Shown here: piece by piece, positions 39,514 to 49,339 of the stretch
Numbering within the stretch: the stretch's first letter is position 1
Layout: each line of letters starts with the position of its first letter
IMG/VR virus record: IMGVR_UViG_3300019752_000008
Location: 1 to 60,812 of that record
Origin: a virus
Taxonomy: Duplodnaviria; Caudoviricetes
DNA: 60,812 nucleotides
Strand: one strand, 5' to 3'
Notes under the pieces: model-generated
What the model saw: the letters and a program-made list of their open reading frames with translations, nothing else
What the model was told of the DNA's origin: nothing
The model's database searches: none
Made by a program: the position numbers and the translations under genes

Positions 39514-40638
39514 ATCTCACCGCATTCCACTAGTTTTCCATCTTCTAGCTTATACCAAGCATTTTCTTTTATATTTTTTCCATCAACAAAAGCACTTGCA
39601 AAATCTATAATATTCAAGTTATTGTCTCTTTCTATTAGTGTTATTACTGTTCCTATCTTTGCTTTTACTATACTTTTATTTTCAGCAACTACTATACTGT
39701 TATTCCCTGATGATATTTTTGCATTATATCCTGATGATATTGTTGCATAATCTTCTGATGATATTTTTGCATTATATCCTGATGATATTTTTGCATTATA
39801 TCCTGATGATATTGTTGCATTATATCCTGATGATATTGAGTCTTTTAAATTGTTTTTTATCCATTTTTTCAAATTTAACACACTTAACTTCAAATCAAAA
39901 TTAAATTTAACATTCATACTTGTATCAAAATCGAAAATGTCAAACTTATCCCACAATCTCATATCATCTTTATTTTTCAATTTATTAATATCTTCTTTAT
40001 AAAAATACTTATCATTGTAAAGTTTTCCGAAATCAAAATCATTTTTTAAATCTTCAATATTTACATATCCAATATTTTTCATCTCATTGTCTCCGACTTT
40101 CATCCCTACTTCTTCAAGAAATGCTACAACGTAAGATATATATTTAGGGTTTATATTTCCGTTTCCTTTGCCTTTTATTTGTTGATTTTCTTCCATTGTG
40201 CAATGTGGCACATTATCCTTGTCTCTTAAAGAATATATATCAGTTTCTGTCCCAAAATATGAGGCTACACAATGTCTCATTAAAAACCCTTCTCTCTTAA
40301 ACGCATTTTCTCCGACTAGTTTAACAATTTTGAAACCATCTTTGAAATCTTTTATTATTTCAATATCTGATTCAGTCTCACTTATTTTGATTCCTTTTTT
40401 TTATTAAAGATTTGTTCCATTTTTCTGTATTCTTTTTTGCTTCGCTATAAGACATTTTTTTAAGTCTTTTTGGAGCATCTTCTGAAATAAGATAATCAAT
40501 GATATGCTCTATTTCTGTTTGATTTTCTAAATTTTTTGTTCCATATTTACCTATGTAATTCTTTAAATTAGTGTTAATCCATTTTAACACTTCCTCTCTT
40601 GCACTTAAATGTTTTGCATACCCTATATATTTGTCCAT
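39510..40638 (-). pseudogene. PcfJ-like protein split by a 1-nt frameshift in an A8 tract
   Basis: Removing one A at 40395-40402 joins ...WNKSLIKK to GIKISE...DGFKIVKL...REGFLMRHCVASY. Confidence 0.7.
39706..39838 (-). repeat. 24-bp tandem repeat encoding ISSGYNA(K/T)
   Basis: About 5.5 units. Confidence 0.9.
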
Positions 40639-40661
40639 TTTATTCTCCTATTTTTTTAAAT

Positions 40662-40832
40662 TCACACAAAACTACCTATTCCTTTATCGAATATCTACGG
40701 ATTAAACATTCGCTATATAAATTAAATAATAATATATAACATCAAAGTTATAATTCAGACTATAGGGCTAGGATACTTTACCTTTCTTCTCCTATAGAAT
40801 ATGATTCTAGGCAGTTCTCTATGAACTTGTGA
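40662..40832 (-). ncRNA. Putative structured 5' leader of the leftward operon
   Basis: Several nested helices whose G-U pairs work only on the minus strand. Confidence 0.4.
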
Positions 40833-40953
40833 TAAAAGTATGACGTATTTAAACTTAAATTTGTATTAATTTTATTAGTACATTGTATTTAATTTGTATT
40901 TAAGCAATATTTATTTATACTTCTTTTATAACTTTACAAAGGAGGTTTACTTT

Positions 40954-41118
40954 ATGTCAAATATGACTACTATTACTATACGGATAGATAAGGAAATTAA
41001 AGAGAAGATTGAAAAAGCTTGTAAGATTGACAGTGGCAACACTTTAACAAGATTTATGACTATTGCTTCATCTGAAAAAGCAGATGAGTTTATTAAAAAA
41101 GAAGAGAAAGGAAAATAG
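40954..41118 (+). CDS. Ribbon-helix-helix regulator
   Basis: TTITIRIDKEIKEKIEKAC; AAGGAGG RBS; first gene of the divergent operon. Confidence 0.75.
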   Translation: MSNMTTITIRIDKEIKEKIEKACKIDSGNTLTRFMTIASSEKADEFIKKEEKGK

Positions 41119-42489
41119 ATGAGTAAAGAACTAACAACTGTAGAAAACGAAACTGGTGTGTTGGATTCAATACAAAACCTAGATAGTCTTAGTGCTATTA
41201 TAGAAAAAGAAAAAGATATTAAAGCAAGTGCTTCTGTATATCTCAATGGTGATGAATTCAATTTTATCGTAACAGAAAATAATGCAAGTGACGCAACAAC
41301 TAAGATTGCAGATATTAATAAGACTAAAAAGTCTTTTAAAGAGATGATTAAGCCTATCATAGATAAAGAATCTTCTGATATTCAGAAAGTGGAAAGTTTA
41401 GCAAAAGATATTGTTGATATGATGACCGCTAAATACAACAATAGAAAAGATGAGATATCGCAAGCACTTGAAAAAACTTTTATTGCACGTGAGAATTGGA
41501 TAAAAGAATATTTTATAAAACTAATAAGCAAGTGTATTATAGATATTGATATTAAATCTTTTGAGTCTTGTTGTAAAGCAAACAGAAACAAAACAACTTG
41601 GAAACTAAATGCAGATGGCACACCAAATAAAACTGCACTTGATAAAATAACAGCAGAGTTTGACACTATTGCCAATCCTTTGATTGAAGCAAAACTTGAG
41701 AAAGATAGAAAGGATGAAGAGTTAAGAGTTTTAAACGAGCAGAAACAAAAAGAAGAATTATTTTTATATAATCAACTTAAAGACATCAAGACTAGCGGGA
41801 CTGATGATGAGTTAAACAATTCTCTTGAAAAACTTAAGGATATTGACTCTAATATTGATACTTTATATACTTCTATTGCTACAGAAGCCAAAAGACAAGT
41901 TTCAAACATAATGGCTTTTGTAAACAATGGTCTTGAAACTAATAAAAAACACAGAGAAGATGTTGCTAGAAAAGAGGAAGAGTTAAGATTGAAAGAAGAG
42001 GAAAAGATTAAAGAGCAATTTGAGCCACGTTGGACTGAAAACAAAATCAGAAGTATTTTTGAAAAGCCTTATGGTCAAATGAATTTGTCTCTCGAAGATG
42101 CAGGTATGCACATGGACACAATCTCTAGCTATAACTTTGAACAGTTTGGAGACTTAAAGCAATTTGCTATAAATATTGCTAATCGTCAGATTTCTATTCT
42201 TGATAAGATTAGATATGCTATTGAAAAAAGACTTGAAAGTGAAGGTGAAAAAACTCCTGCACCAAAAACGGATGAGGGATATACTATATATAATATTCTA
42301 GTTACTTTAAAAGGTAATGAATTTGTAAATAGTCAATATATTGCAGCCCTTGAAAGTTCTACTAATATTTTATCATTAAAAATCAAAGACCCATATGGAA
42401 TAGATGAAGAGCAAGTTAAAACTCTAGCTAGAAACAAAATACTTAGTGATAGATGTGATGATGCTATTGAAAGTATTGAGGTTATTTAG
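41119..42489 (+). CDS. DUF1351-like coiled-coil protein
   Basis: VTEN....A...IADINK..K pattern; in the recombination module. Confidence 0.55.
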   Translation: MSKELTTVENETGVLDSIQNLDSLSAIIEKEKDIKASASVYLNGDEFNFIVTENNASDATTKIADINKTKKSFKEMIKPIIDKESSDIQKVESLAKDIVDMMTAKYNNRKDEISQALEKTFIARENWIKEYFIKLISKCIIDIDIKSFESCCKANRNKTTWKLNADGTPNKTALDKITAEFDTIANPLIEAKLEKDRKDEELRVLNEQKQKEELFLYNQLKDIKTSGTDDELNNSLEKLKDIDSNIDTLYTSIATEAKRQVSNIMAFVNNGLETNKKHREDVARKEEELRLKEEEKIKEQFEPRWTENKIRSIFEKPYGQMNLSLEDAGMHMDTISSYNFEQFGDLKQFAINIANRQISILDKIRYAIEKRLESEGEKTPAPKTDEGYTIYNILVTLKGNEFVNSQYIAALESSTNILSLKIKDPYGIDEEQVKTLARNKILSDRCDDAIESIEVI

Positions 42490-42894
42490 ATGAAGGATTA
42501 TGCTATATGGGATGAAGACCATAAGAAATGGATTGATTTGTCTAAAAATCAAATAGTTTTAAACTTGTGTAATGGCGGTCTTAAAGGTCTTTTTGGTGGT
42601 GATGGATATATGTCTTCTTGGAAGCTGTTCGAAGGCATAGGACTGAAAGATATAAACGATAAGCCTATATATGCTGATAGTAGTATTTTTGAGTTTGATT
42701 ATTTTGGAGATATTTTAACTGGATATTTTACATATGATAAAAAGTACCTATCTTTTCTTATTAGAATATTAACAATAGGTGAGTGTGCAGTAATGAGTTT
42801 CGCAGATAAAGTCTGGAATAATTCAATTAAAAATTTTAAAATCATAGACACTATACAAGAAAATAGTATGGGTCTTATAAAGGATAATATATGA
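42490..42894 (+). CDS. YopX family protein
   Basis: AIWD...GLKDINDKPIY...IIDTIQEN. Confidence 0.8.
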   Translation: MKDYAIWDEDHKKWIDLSKNQIVLNLCNGGLKGLFGGDGYMSSWKLFEGIGLKDINDKPIYADSSIFEFDYFGDILTGYFTYDKKYLSFLIRILTIGECAVMSFADKVWNNSIKNFKIIDTIQENSMGLIKDNI

Positions 42895-43082
42895 CAGCAA
42901 GAGAGTTAATAAAAGAACTTATTAGTCTAAAAGATATAGATAAGGAAATAAAACTTTACAGCTTAATTGATACTGAAAATATTGATAAAGATGTGTCACA
43001 ATTTGAATTTGTAAGTGATAGCATTGACGAAATTGACGAAGTTGATGAGCAAGGCGTTATTTATATTGTAGGGAGTTATTGA
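42891..43082 (+). CDS. Small acidic protein
   Basis: MTARELIKEL motif. Confidence 0.65.
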   Translation: MTARELIKELISLKDIDKEIKLYSLIDTENIDKDVSQFEFVSDSIDEIDEVDEQGVIYIVGSY

Positions 43083-43083
43083 T

Positions 43084-44016
43084 ATGATGACTATAACAGA
43101 TGATGACCTAAATGAAGTAAATATGTTTTCAAATGGGGATTTGGAGCAGATATCAGAGCATGAAGAAAAACATGATAATTTATTTGATGAATCTGATATT
43201 ATAAACACTAAAGATGCAAAAGAAGGTATTTTTTACGATATGCTAAATAGTGACTATCATGAGGCAGATGGTATTAGCTCAACGCAGTTTAAAGATTTAG
43301 ACTTGAGTGTTGCTGTTTTTGACAACAGACGATATTTTCAAACTACCAAAGGTTGCTTCAATATCGGGGATTGCAACCATGTCTTTCTTTTGGAGCCACA
43401 TAAAAAACATATCTTTATTGAATCTACTACTGCTACTTTTGATACAAAAGCCACTAAGCAGATGATAGGGGACAATCCAGACAATGTAATTGTTCCACAA
43501 GGAACACTAGAGGTTGCAGATGAAAGAGCTAAAAAAGTTAAACTTATTTTTGGAAAGTATTTAAATAGTTCAAAAATGGAGGTTAGTATTTTAGTATATT
43601 GTGAAGAAACTCAAATGTATCATAAGTGCAGAACTGATATCTGGATGCAAGAGCAAGGGATAATCTTAGACTATAAAACTTCTAAAGAAGATACTCCTGT
43701 TGGATTCATAAATACTATTGAAAAATATGACTATGATTTATCTGCTGCATGGTATATAGATACTGTAAATATGGCTATAGAAAAGTTTAAACTTCCTTTT
43801 CCTAAAGTTACTCAGTTTGGTTGGATAGTTAGCCCAAATATTGCACCCCATAAGCCTTATGGTGTTTTTTGTAGTGATGAACTTGCAGAAAATGGTCGTG
43901 CCAAATACGCTAATCTTTTAGATAAACTAATGTCTGTTAGACGTGGTGAAGAAGAAAATTTATTCAAAACTGCATTTAGTAGAGAATATATAAACGATCT
44001 TAATAAGGATTTTTAG
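43084..44016 (+). CDS. RecE/exonuclease VIII-like PD-(D/E)xK nuclease (DUF3799)
   Basis: YH...ISS, KCR.D, DYKT, Y.LSAAWY. Confidence 0.88.
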   Translation: MMTITDDDLNEVNMFSNGDLEQISEHEEKHDNLFDESDIINTKDAKEGIFYDMLNSDYHEADGISSTQFKDLDLSVAVFDNRRYFQTTKGCFNIGDCNHVFLLEPHKKHIFIESTTATFDTKATKQMIGDNPDNVIVPQGTLEVADERAKKVKLIFGKYLNSSKMEVSILVYCEETQMYHKCRTDIWMQEQGIILDYKTSKEDTPVGFINTIEKYDYDLSAAWYIDTVNMAIEKFKLPFPKVTQFGWIVSPNIAPHKPYGVFCSDELAENGRAKYANLLDKLMSVRRGEEENLFKTAFSREYINDLNKDF

Positions 44017-44607
44017 ATGGATAATAAAAAAATTATTGGCATATTGGTCAAGATTCAATCTGAATTAAAAGTTAAGAAGAATCAGTTTAATGATTTTGGT
44101 GGATACAAGTATAGAAGTGCAGAAGATATATTAGAAGCACTCAAGCCTATTCTTAAAAAACATGATTGTGTTGTCCTAATAACAGATGAGATTAAGCAAG
44201 TAGGTGAAAGATACTATATCGAGGCTACCGCATCCCTTGAAAACGACCAAGGCAGTGTATCTTCCAAAGGGATAGCAAGAGAACAGCTATCTTTAAAAGG
44301 AATGACAGAAGCACAGATTACAGGAGCTTGCTCTAGTTATGCTAGAAAGTATGCACTTAATGGTCTGTTTGCTATTGATGATGCGGTTGACGATGACAGT
44401 AACAACATCGGTGACCCCGAACAGCCTAAAAGTTTCGATATAAAAGAACTTGAAAAACTTATAACTAAGACTTCTTCTAGTAAGCTAAAACTGTGTAATG
44501 CTTACGGAATAAATAAGTTGGATGATATTTATGACCCTAACTTATTTAATGAAATCAAGAGAGTTTTAGAACTTAAACTTTCTAAGCTAGAACAACAAAT
44601 AAAATAG
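44017..44607 (+). CDS. erf: ERF ssDNA annealing protein
   Basis: N.FGGYKYRSAEDIL; Q.TGA.SSYARKYALNGLF.IDD. Confidence 0.93.
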   Translation: MDNKKIIGILVKIQSELKVKKNQFNDFGGYKYRSAEDILEALKPILKKHDCVVLITDEIKQVGERYYIEATASLENDQGSVSSKGIAREQLSLKGMTEAQITGACSSYARKYALNGLFAIDDAVDDDSNNIGDPEQPKSFDIKELEKLITKTSSSKLKLCNAYGINKLDDIYDPNLFNEIKRVLELKLSKLEQQIK

Positions 44608-44953
44608 CATAGTATAAATATACTGTGAAAAGAAGGGTCAAATATGAAAATACTTATTTTAAATTTAAAAGCAGAGTATTTTAACGAAATAAAAGAAGGT
44701 AAGAAGCCTTATGAATATAGACTGTATAATGAATATTGGAAAAAAAGACTTGTTAATAGAGAATATGATGAAGTTCACTTTAAACTTGGTTATCCTAGAA
44801 ATGATGAAAGTCATAAAATAATTAAAAAAGAATATTTAGGATGGGAGCTAAGAGGTATCAGACATAATCATTTTAATAATACAGGTGCAACAGATAGACA
44901 AGTAGATGTGTTCGCAATAAGGACATATGGAAAAATAGCATAGTATAAATATA
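44601..44953 (+). repeat. 22-bp perfect direct repeat flanking the ASCH gene
   Basis: AAAATAGCATAGTATAAATATA at 44601-44622 and 44932-44953. Confidence 0.9.
44644..44943 (+). CDS. ASCH domain protein
   Basis: YF.EIK.G.K..EYR....YW.KRL...GYP. Confidence 0.85.
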   Translation: MKILILNLKAEYFNEIKEGKKPYEYRLYNEYWKKRLVNREYDEVHFKLGYPRNDESHKIIKKEYLGWELRGIRHNHFNNTGATDRQVDVFAIRTYGKIA

Positions 44954-44968
44954 TGAAAGGATTAAAAT

Positions 44969-45160
44969 ATGACACAAATGATAGCATTTCAGTTTGATAA
45001 TAAAACATTTACTATAAATATAGAAAAAATTACAACTATTACATTTACTAAGGCAAATGAATTAACGATTGTCTTTGATAACGGTTATAGTTATGTAAAC
45101 AAAAAAGATAATGCAAAAACAATTTATCAAGGTCTCGCGAAGGCACTTGGAATAAAATAG
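44969..45160 (+). CDS. Hypothetical protein
   Basis: AAGGA RBS. Confidence 0.6.
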   Translation: MTQMIAFQFDNKTFTINIEKITTITFTKANELTIVFDNGYSYVNKKDNAKTIYQGLAKALGIK

Positions 45161-45184
45161 TATAGACATTATGAAAGGCAAGAG

Positions 45185-45649
45185 TTGAAAACAGGACTAT
45201 CAAAAGAACAACAACTAAAAAAGAACAAAGACCCCACAGAAAAGATACCGTGGGGTATGAGAAAAAGCAAAGGTGGTTTTGGTACTAAAAAGTATCATTT
45301 AAAAAAAAGAAGTGACAAGACTCAGAGTGAGAAGATTGAAAAGTCGAATCCTTTTTATGATTGGATTCATAATTCAGGTCAAGTTTGTGCTGTGTGTGGG
45401 TGTAGTGATATAGACATACACCATATCACAGACTTAAAAAATATAAAGGGTAAGCGTAGATCATGGGATAGAGTGATTGTCTTGTGCAAGGCACATCATA
45501 AAGGTGATAGTTTATATCACTATAATGGTAATGCTATACATGTATTAAGTAAAGAAAGGTTTTATGCTACTGTTATGAGCTTTGAAGAGATGATGAGACA
45601 TAGTGATAGTATATATGAAGAATATTTAAACTATAAGGAAATAAAATGA
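45185..45649 (+). CDS. HNH-like (Ref/DUF968-type) nuclease
   Basis: CAVCG...IHHI...VLC..HH. Confidence 0.75.
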   Translation: MKTGLSKEQQLKKNKDPTEKIPWGMRKSKGGFGTKKYHLKKRSDKTQSEKIEKSNPFYDWIHNSGQVCAVCGCSDIDIHHITDLKNIKGKRRSWDRVIVLCKAHHKGDSLYHYNGNAIHVLSKERFYATVMSFEEMMRHSDSIYEEYLNYKEIK

Positions 45650-45858
45650 CAGATAGAGACTTAGAAAAAGCAAAAGAACTACAAATGAAAATCAAAAGAT
45701 TTACTGCTTGTAAAGATAACAACTTTCAAATTAAAATAGAAAATTGGACTGATGGAAATATTGAAGATAAGGATTTAAGACCAGAAACACAAGCAAAAAT
45801 GAAACAGCTTTTAATAGGCGAATTAGAGTTTTTAGAAAAAGAATTTGAAGAGATGTAA
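45646..45858 (+). CDS. Hypothetical protein
   Basis: ATGA overlap; AAGGA RBS. Confidence 0.6.
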   Translation: MTDRDLEKAKELQMKIKRFTACKDNNFQIKIENWTDGNIEDKDLRPETQAKMKQLLIGELEFLEKEFEEM

Positions 45859-45885
45859 ATAGGTGTCTCACTACATATAGATGTA

Positions 45886-46140
45886 GTGGGATTGGGAAGA
45901 TATATTAAAAAAGGAAACAAAATGAAACTTAGTGAACTTCTTAGAGAATATGGGGATGACAATTATAAATTTCAAAGTTTAGACACTTCTGCTCTTGGGT
46001 TTGATGCAAAGAAAGCACATACAGAAATAAAATTTGGAACTACCGAGACTTTTCATGTCGATAAAACAGTAAAAATGGGGATAGTTATATGGCTAGATAG
46101 AGATAAAGTGCAACAAATTATGGATAATAAAAATGTATAA
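45886..46140 (+). CDS. Hypothetical protein (start probably MKLSELL)
   Basis: AAGGA RBS before the internal ATG. Confidence 0.6.
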   Translation: MGLGRYIKKGNKMKLSELLREYGDDNYKFQSLDTSALGFDAKKAHTEIKFGTTETFHVDKTVKMGIVIWLDRDKVQQIMDNKNV

Positions 46141-46672
46141 CAAAGTGATTATGATAGGAAACCTAACAAGAGATATTGAACTTAAATATCTTCCAAGTGG
46201 AAGTGCAATTGCTAAAGGTGCAATTGCTACTAGCCACAAATATAAAACACAAACAGGTGAGCAAAAAGATGAAGTTTGTTTTCTTGATTTTACTGTATTT
46301 GGAAAAGGTGGGGAGATCTTAAATCAATATGTACGTAAAGGTTCTAAAGTTATGCTTGAAGGTAGACTTGCATTTGAGCAATGGCAAGCACAAGATGGTT
46401 CAAATAGAAGTAGACATGCATTAATTGTATCTGAATTTAAATTTTTAGATACTAAATCAGATAATGCACCACAAGCAGGTGGTCATCAACAGCCAAATCA
46501 ACAGATGCAAGGAAACCAACAATATCAACAAAACGTGCAACAAGGTCAGCAGATGATGGATAATCACTATAATCAGCCACAGCGACAGCAACAAAACAGT
46601 GGTATGCAACAAAACTCTTATGAGCAAAATATACCAACAATAGATATAAACTTAGATGAAATTCCATTTTAA
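46133..46672 (+). CDS. ssb: Single-stranded DNA-binding protein
   Basis: NKVI.IGNLTRD, KGSKV..EGRL, C-terminal IDINLDEIPF. Confidence 0.96.
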   Translation: MYNKVIMIGNLTRDIELKYLPSGSAIAKGAIATSHKYKTQTGEQKDEVCFLDFTVFGKGGEILNQYVRKGSKVMLEGRLAFEQWQAQDGSNRSRHALIVSEFKFLDTKSDNAPQAGGHQQPNQQMQGNQQYQQNVQQGQQMMDNHYNQPQRQQQNSGMQQNSYEQNIPTIDINLDEIPF

Positions 46673-46846
46673 TTTTTTTAAACCTATAGAGTGGGGTTTT
46701 CATATTGAACTTGCTGATTATTCAAAAAGCGTAAAAGTATTCGTGAGTCAAGTTTTCGATAAAAGACCTATAAATAATCCAATACAAGGAAGATGTTATT
46801 AAAAACATTTTTCTTGACATATATCAATTTTTTATCGAATCTTTTT

Positions 46847-46855
46847 TGCTATAAT
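46847..46855 (+). promoter_or_regulatory. Extended -10 promoter
   Basis: TGCTATAAT upstream of a structured leader and the dUTPase operon. Confidence 0.6.
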
Positions 46856-47071
46856 TTTATATAACTTATCAAGAATCGGTGATAAAATAATTTTAAGTTT
46901 CGAATATATCATGTCTAATCAGGGATATGTGTTGGTATTGATAAGTTTTCAAAAAAGGACTGTTATGAGAATAATTAAAATGAAAAGAATATATAAGTTG
47001 TTGAGGTTTTTATCTTTTAATGAACTTGACGATTTATATATTTTAATAAAAAGACAATATGGAGTAGAATA

Positions 47072-47671
47072 ATGTTTAAAGCTGTAAATGGTGGTAAACT
47101 ACCAATGAAAGGTTCAGAATTTAGTGCTTGTGTAGATTTATATTCAAGAAAAAATGTTGTTATTGGTGCAGGCGAAACTGTTTTAGTTCCACTTGGCGTA
47201 AGTATAGATTTAGATAAATTGAAACAAATATCTGATAAAGATATGGAAAATACTTTTGGCATGTCTTTTGATGAGATACCAAAAATTGATGGGGATGAAG
47301 GAGATATTTACTTCGACAACTTTTTAAAGTCTCACCAATTAAACCTACATATAAGAAGCAGTATGAGTGCAAAGCACGGACTTATTATTGCAAATGGTAC
47401 TGGTGTTATTGATATGGATTATGATGGTGAGATTATTATTTGTTTACATAAGCCATGGGATGGGGAATATGCAAATCAAGACTTTTTAAATCAGCATGGC
47501 TTTCTCAAATGTGATGCTATCAAAAAGAAATATACAATTAAGAAAGGTGACAGGATAGCACAAATAAGTCTATCAGAACACAAGTCATATCTTTTCGATA
47601 TTGAAACTACAGATAAAAGAATTGGTGGGTTTGGCTCTACAGATGACCAAAAATCAAACACTAGCAACTAA
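47072..47671 (+). CDS. dut: Trimeric dUTPase
   Basis: SA.VDL, RSS, GVID.DY.GEI, GDRIAQ, R.GGFGST. Confidence 0.93.
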   Translation: MFKAVNGGKLPMKGSEFSACVDLYSRKNVVIGAGETVLVPLGVSIDLDKLKQISDKDMENTFGMSFDEIPKIDGDEGDIYFDNFLKSHQLNLHIRSSMSAKHGLIIANGTGVIDMDYDGEIIICLHKPWDGEYANQDFLNQHGFLKCDAIKKKYTIKKGDRIAQISLSEHKSYLFDIETTDKRIGGFGSTDDQKSNTSN

Positions 47672-48005
47672 AATATTTAGAGCTACAAAAGCAAGGAAGT
47701 TAAAAAATATGGAACTAAATGATTTAGACATATCAGTATATACACCAAATACAAGTTTTAAAAATATCAAGATAACATATCATAAAGTTAACAATCAAGA
47801 CTGCTTTATGGTATGTGTTGATGATAAATTTTATCTTAGAAATTTTGGGGATGGAGTTTTAAAGTTTATACCTAGTAAAGAAATGGCTACTTTTTTTACA
47901 TCTAGTCCTAATAAGCCAAACTTAGTTCATAGGGCTACTGAGTGTTTAGGATTGATTCTAAGTGGTCAATTTCCAATTGAGGTGAATCTTGATAAAGCGA
48001 AATAG
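47601..48005 (+). CDS. Hypothetical protein
   Basis: Operon packing; start probably MTKNQ. Confidence 0.55.
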   Translation: MKLQIKELVGLALQMTKNQTLATKIFRATKARKLKNMELNDLDISVYTPNTSFKNIKITYHKVNNQDCFMVCVDDKFYLRNFGDGVLKFIPSKEMATFFTSSPNKPNLVHRATECLGLILSGQFPIEVNLDKAK

Positions 48006-48137
48006 TGACTGTGAAAAATGTGTCCTTGAGTTTAAAGGACGACTAATAGAAGAAAAACATCCGATAACTGGTAAAGATATTGTTATTTGTGATAATTGTT
48101 GGGCTTTAATGTTGAGAGAGATTGATAAGGACAAAAA

Positions 48138-48758
48138 GTGAAAAAGAAATTTTTAAATCTATATGGCGGTATTGGTGGAAATGTAAAACTTTTAGATAGA
48201 AATGAGTTTAATATTACTACTGTTGAACTTGATGAAAATATAGCATCAGTTTATCGTGATATGTTTCCAAATGATACTTTAATTATAGGAGATGCACATC
48301 AATATTTATTAGAAAATTTTGATAAGTTTGATTTTATTTGGGCTAGCCCTCCTTGTCCTACTCATAGCAAACTTAGAACCTTAAACGAAAACAAAGTTTT
48401 TCCTGATATGAAACTGTATGAGGAAATTATTTTTTTAAAACACTGGTTTAAAGGAAAATATGTAGTGGAAAATGTAGAACCATATTACGATTATCTTATT
48501 AAGGCTACTAGAGTAATACATCGTCACCCCGTTTGGTGTAACTTTGAAATTTCAAATAAGCAATTTAAAAATCTTAAAACTTGCAAGATTGAAAACGAAA
48601 GGGAGTTTTTAGAAAAAGAATTTGGCTATGATCTTTCCAAATATAAAGGTATCGACAAAAGAAAAGTCTTGCGAAACTGTGTAGTTCCTGAACTTGGTAA
48701 ACATATAGTTGGATGTGCATTTGGCAAAAATACCATAGAAGAAGGTTACCTTTTTTAA
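48138..48758 (+). CDS. Short C5-cytosine DNA methyltransferase
   Basis: LYGGIGG, SPPC, ENV, RNCV. Confidence 0.88.
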   Translation: MKKKFLNLYGGIGGNVKLLDRNEFNITTVELDENIASVYRDMFPNDTLIIGDAHQYLLENFDKFDFIWASPPCPTHSKLRTLNENKVFPDMKLYEEIIFLKHWFKGKYVVENVEPYYDYLIKATRVIHRHPVWCNFEISNKQFKNLKTCKIENEREFLEKEFGYDLSKYKGIDKRKVLRNCVVPELGKHIVGCAFGKNTIEEGYLF

Positions 48759-49203
48759 TGAAAACCAAAAACGATAAAAACCCATCTAGTATATTTTGTG
48801 CCAATTGTGGCGATGAGCTCCCAAACTATACAGAATCTATAAAAAGAAGCTACTGCTACAAGAAAGAGTGCTGTGTTGCTAGAAAAGCAAATAATAAAAG
48901 AAAAAAGAGCAAGTAAAATAATACTCACTCTTTTTCTGACTGTAAATTTAAAAATACCAAAGGATTAAGTAAGTATATCTTATTTTGTTTTTTTGTGTCA
49001 AGGAGAAAAATATGAGCGATTACAATTTTGAAGATGAAGGTAACAGAGAATTAAAAATAGCTATTGCAATAGTAGTTGTTTTTATATTTGTTATTAATGT
49101 GGTTTTTAGGTAGTGTTTTAAGTATGGCTTTATTTTTATGTTGCTATACTTTTATTTTAACGAGCAAAGTCTTAAGTATTTATACTTTTGTACTTTGTTA
49201 ATT

Positions 49204-49339
49204 TTTTTGAATTACTTAGTAGGTGTCCAGCCGAAGTAGCCTTATCTCTTGATAGGGCATCTACTAAGGGATTTAAAAATGTAGACTTTGACTGGACACC
49301 AAAAATCTACACCTTAATTTTATTGTTCCGAAAGATACT
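49204..49339 (+). ncRNA. Structured leader/antisense RNA, copy A (c4/CI-like architecture)
   Basis: Alternative helices 49215-28/49255-68, 49239-46/49251-58 and 49222-37/49285-300; covaries with copy B. Confidence 0.65.
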
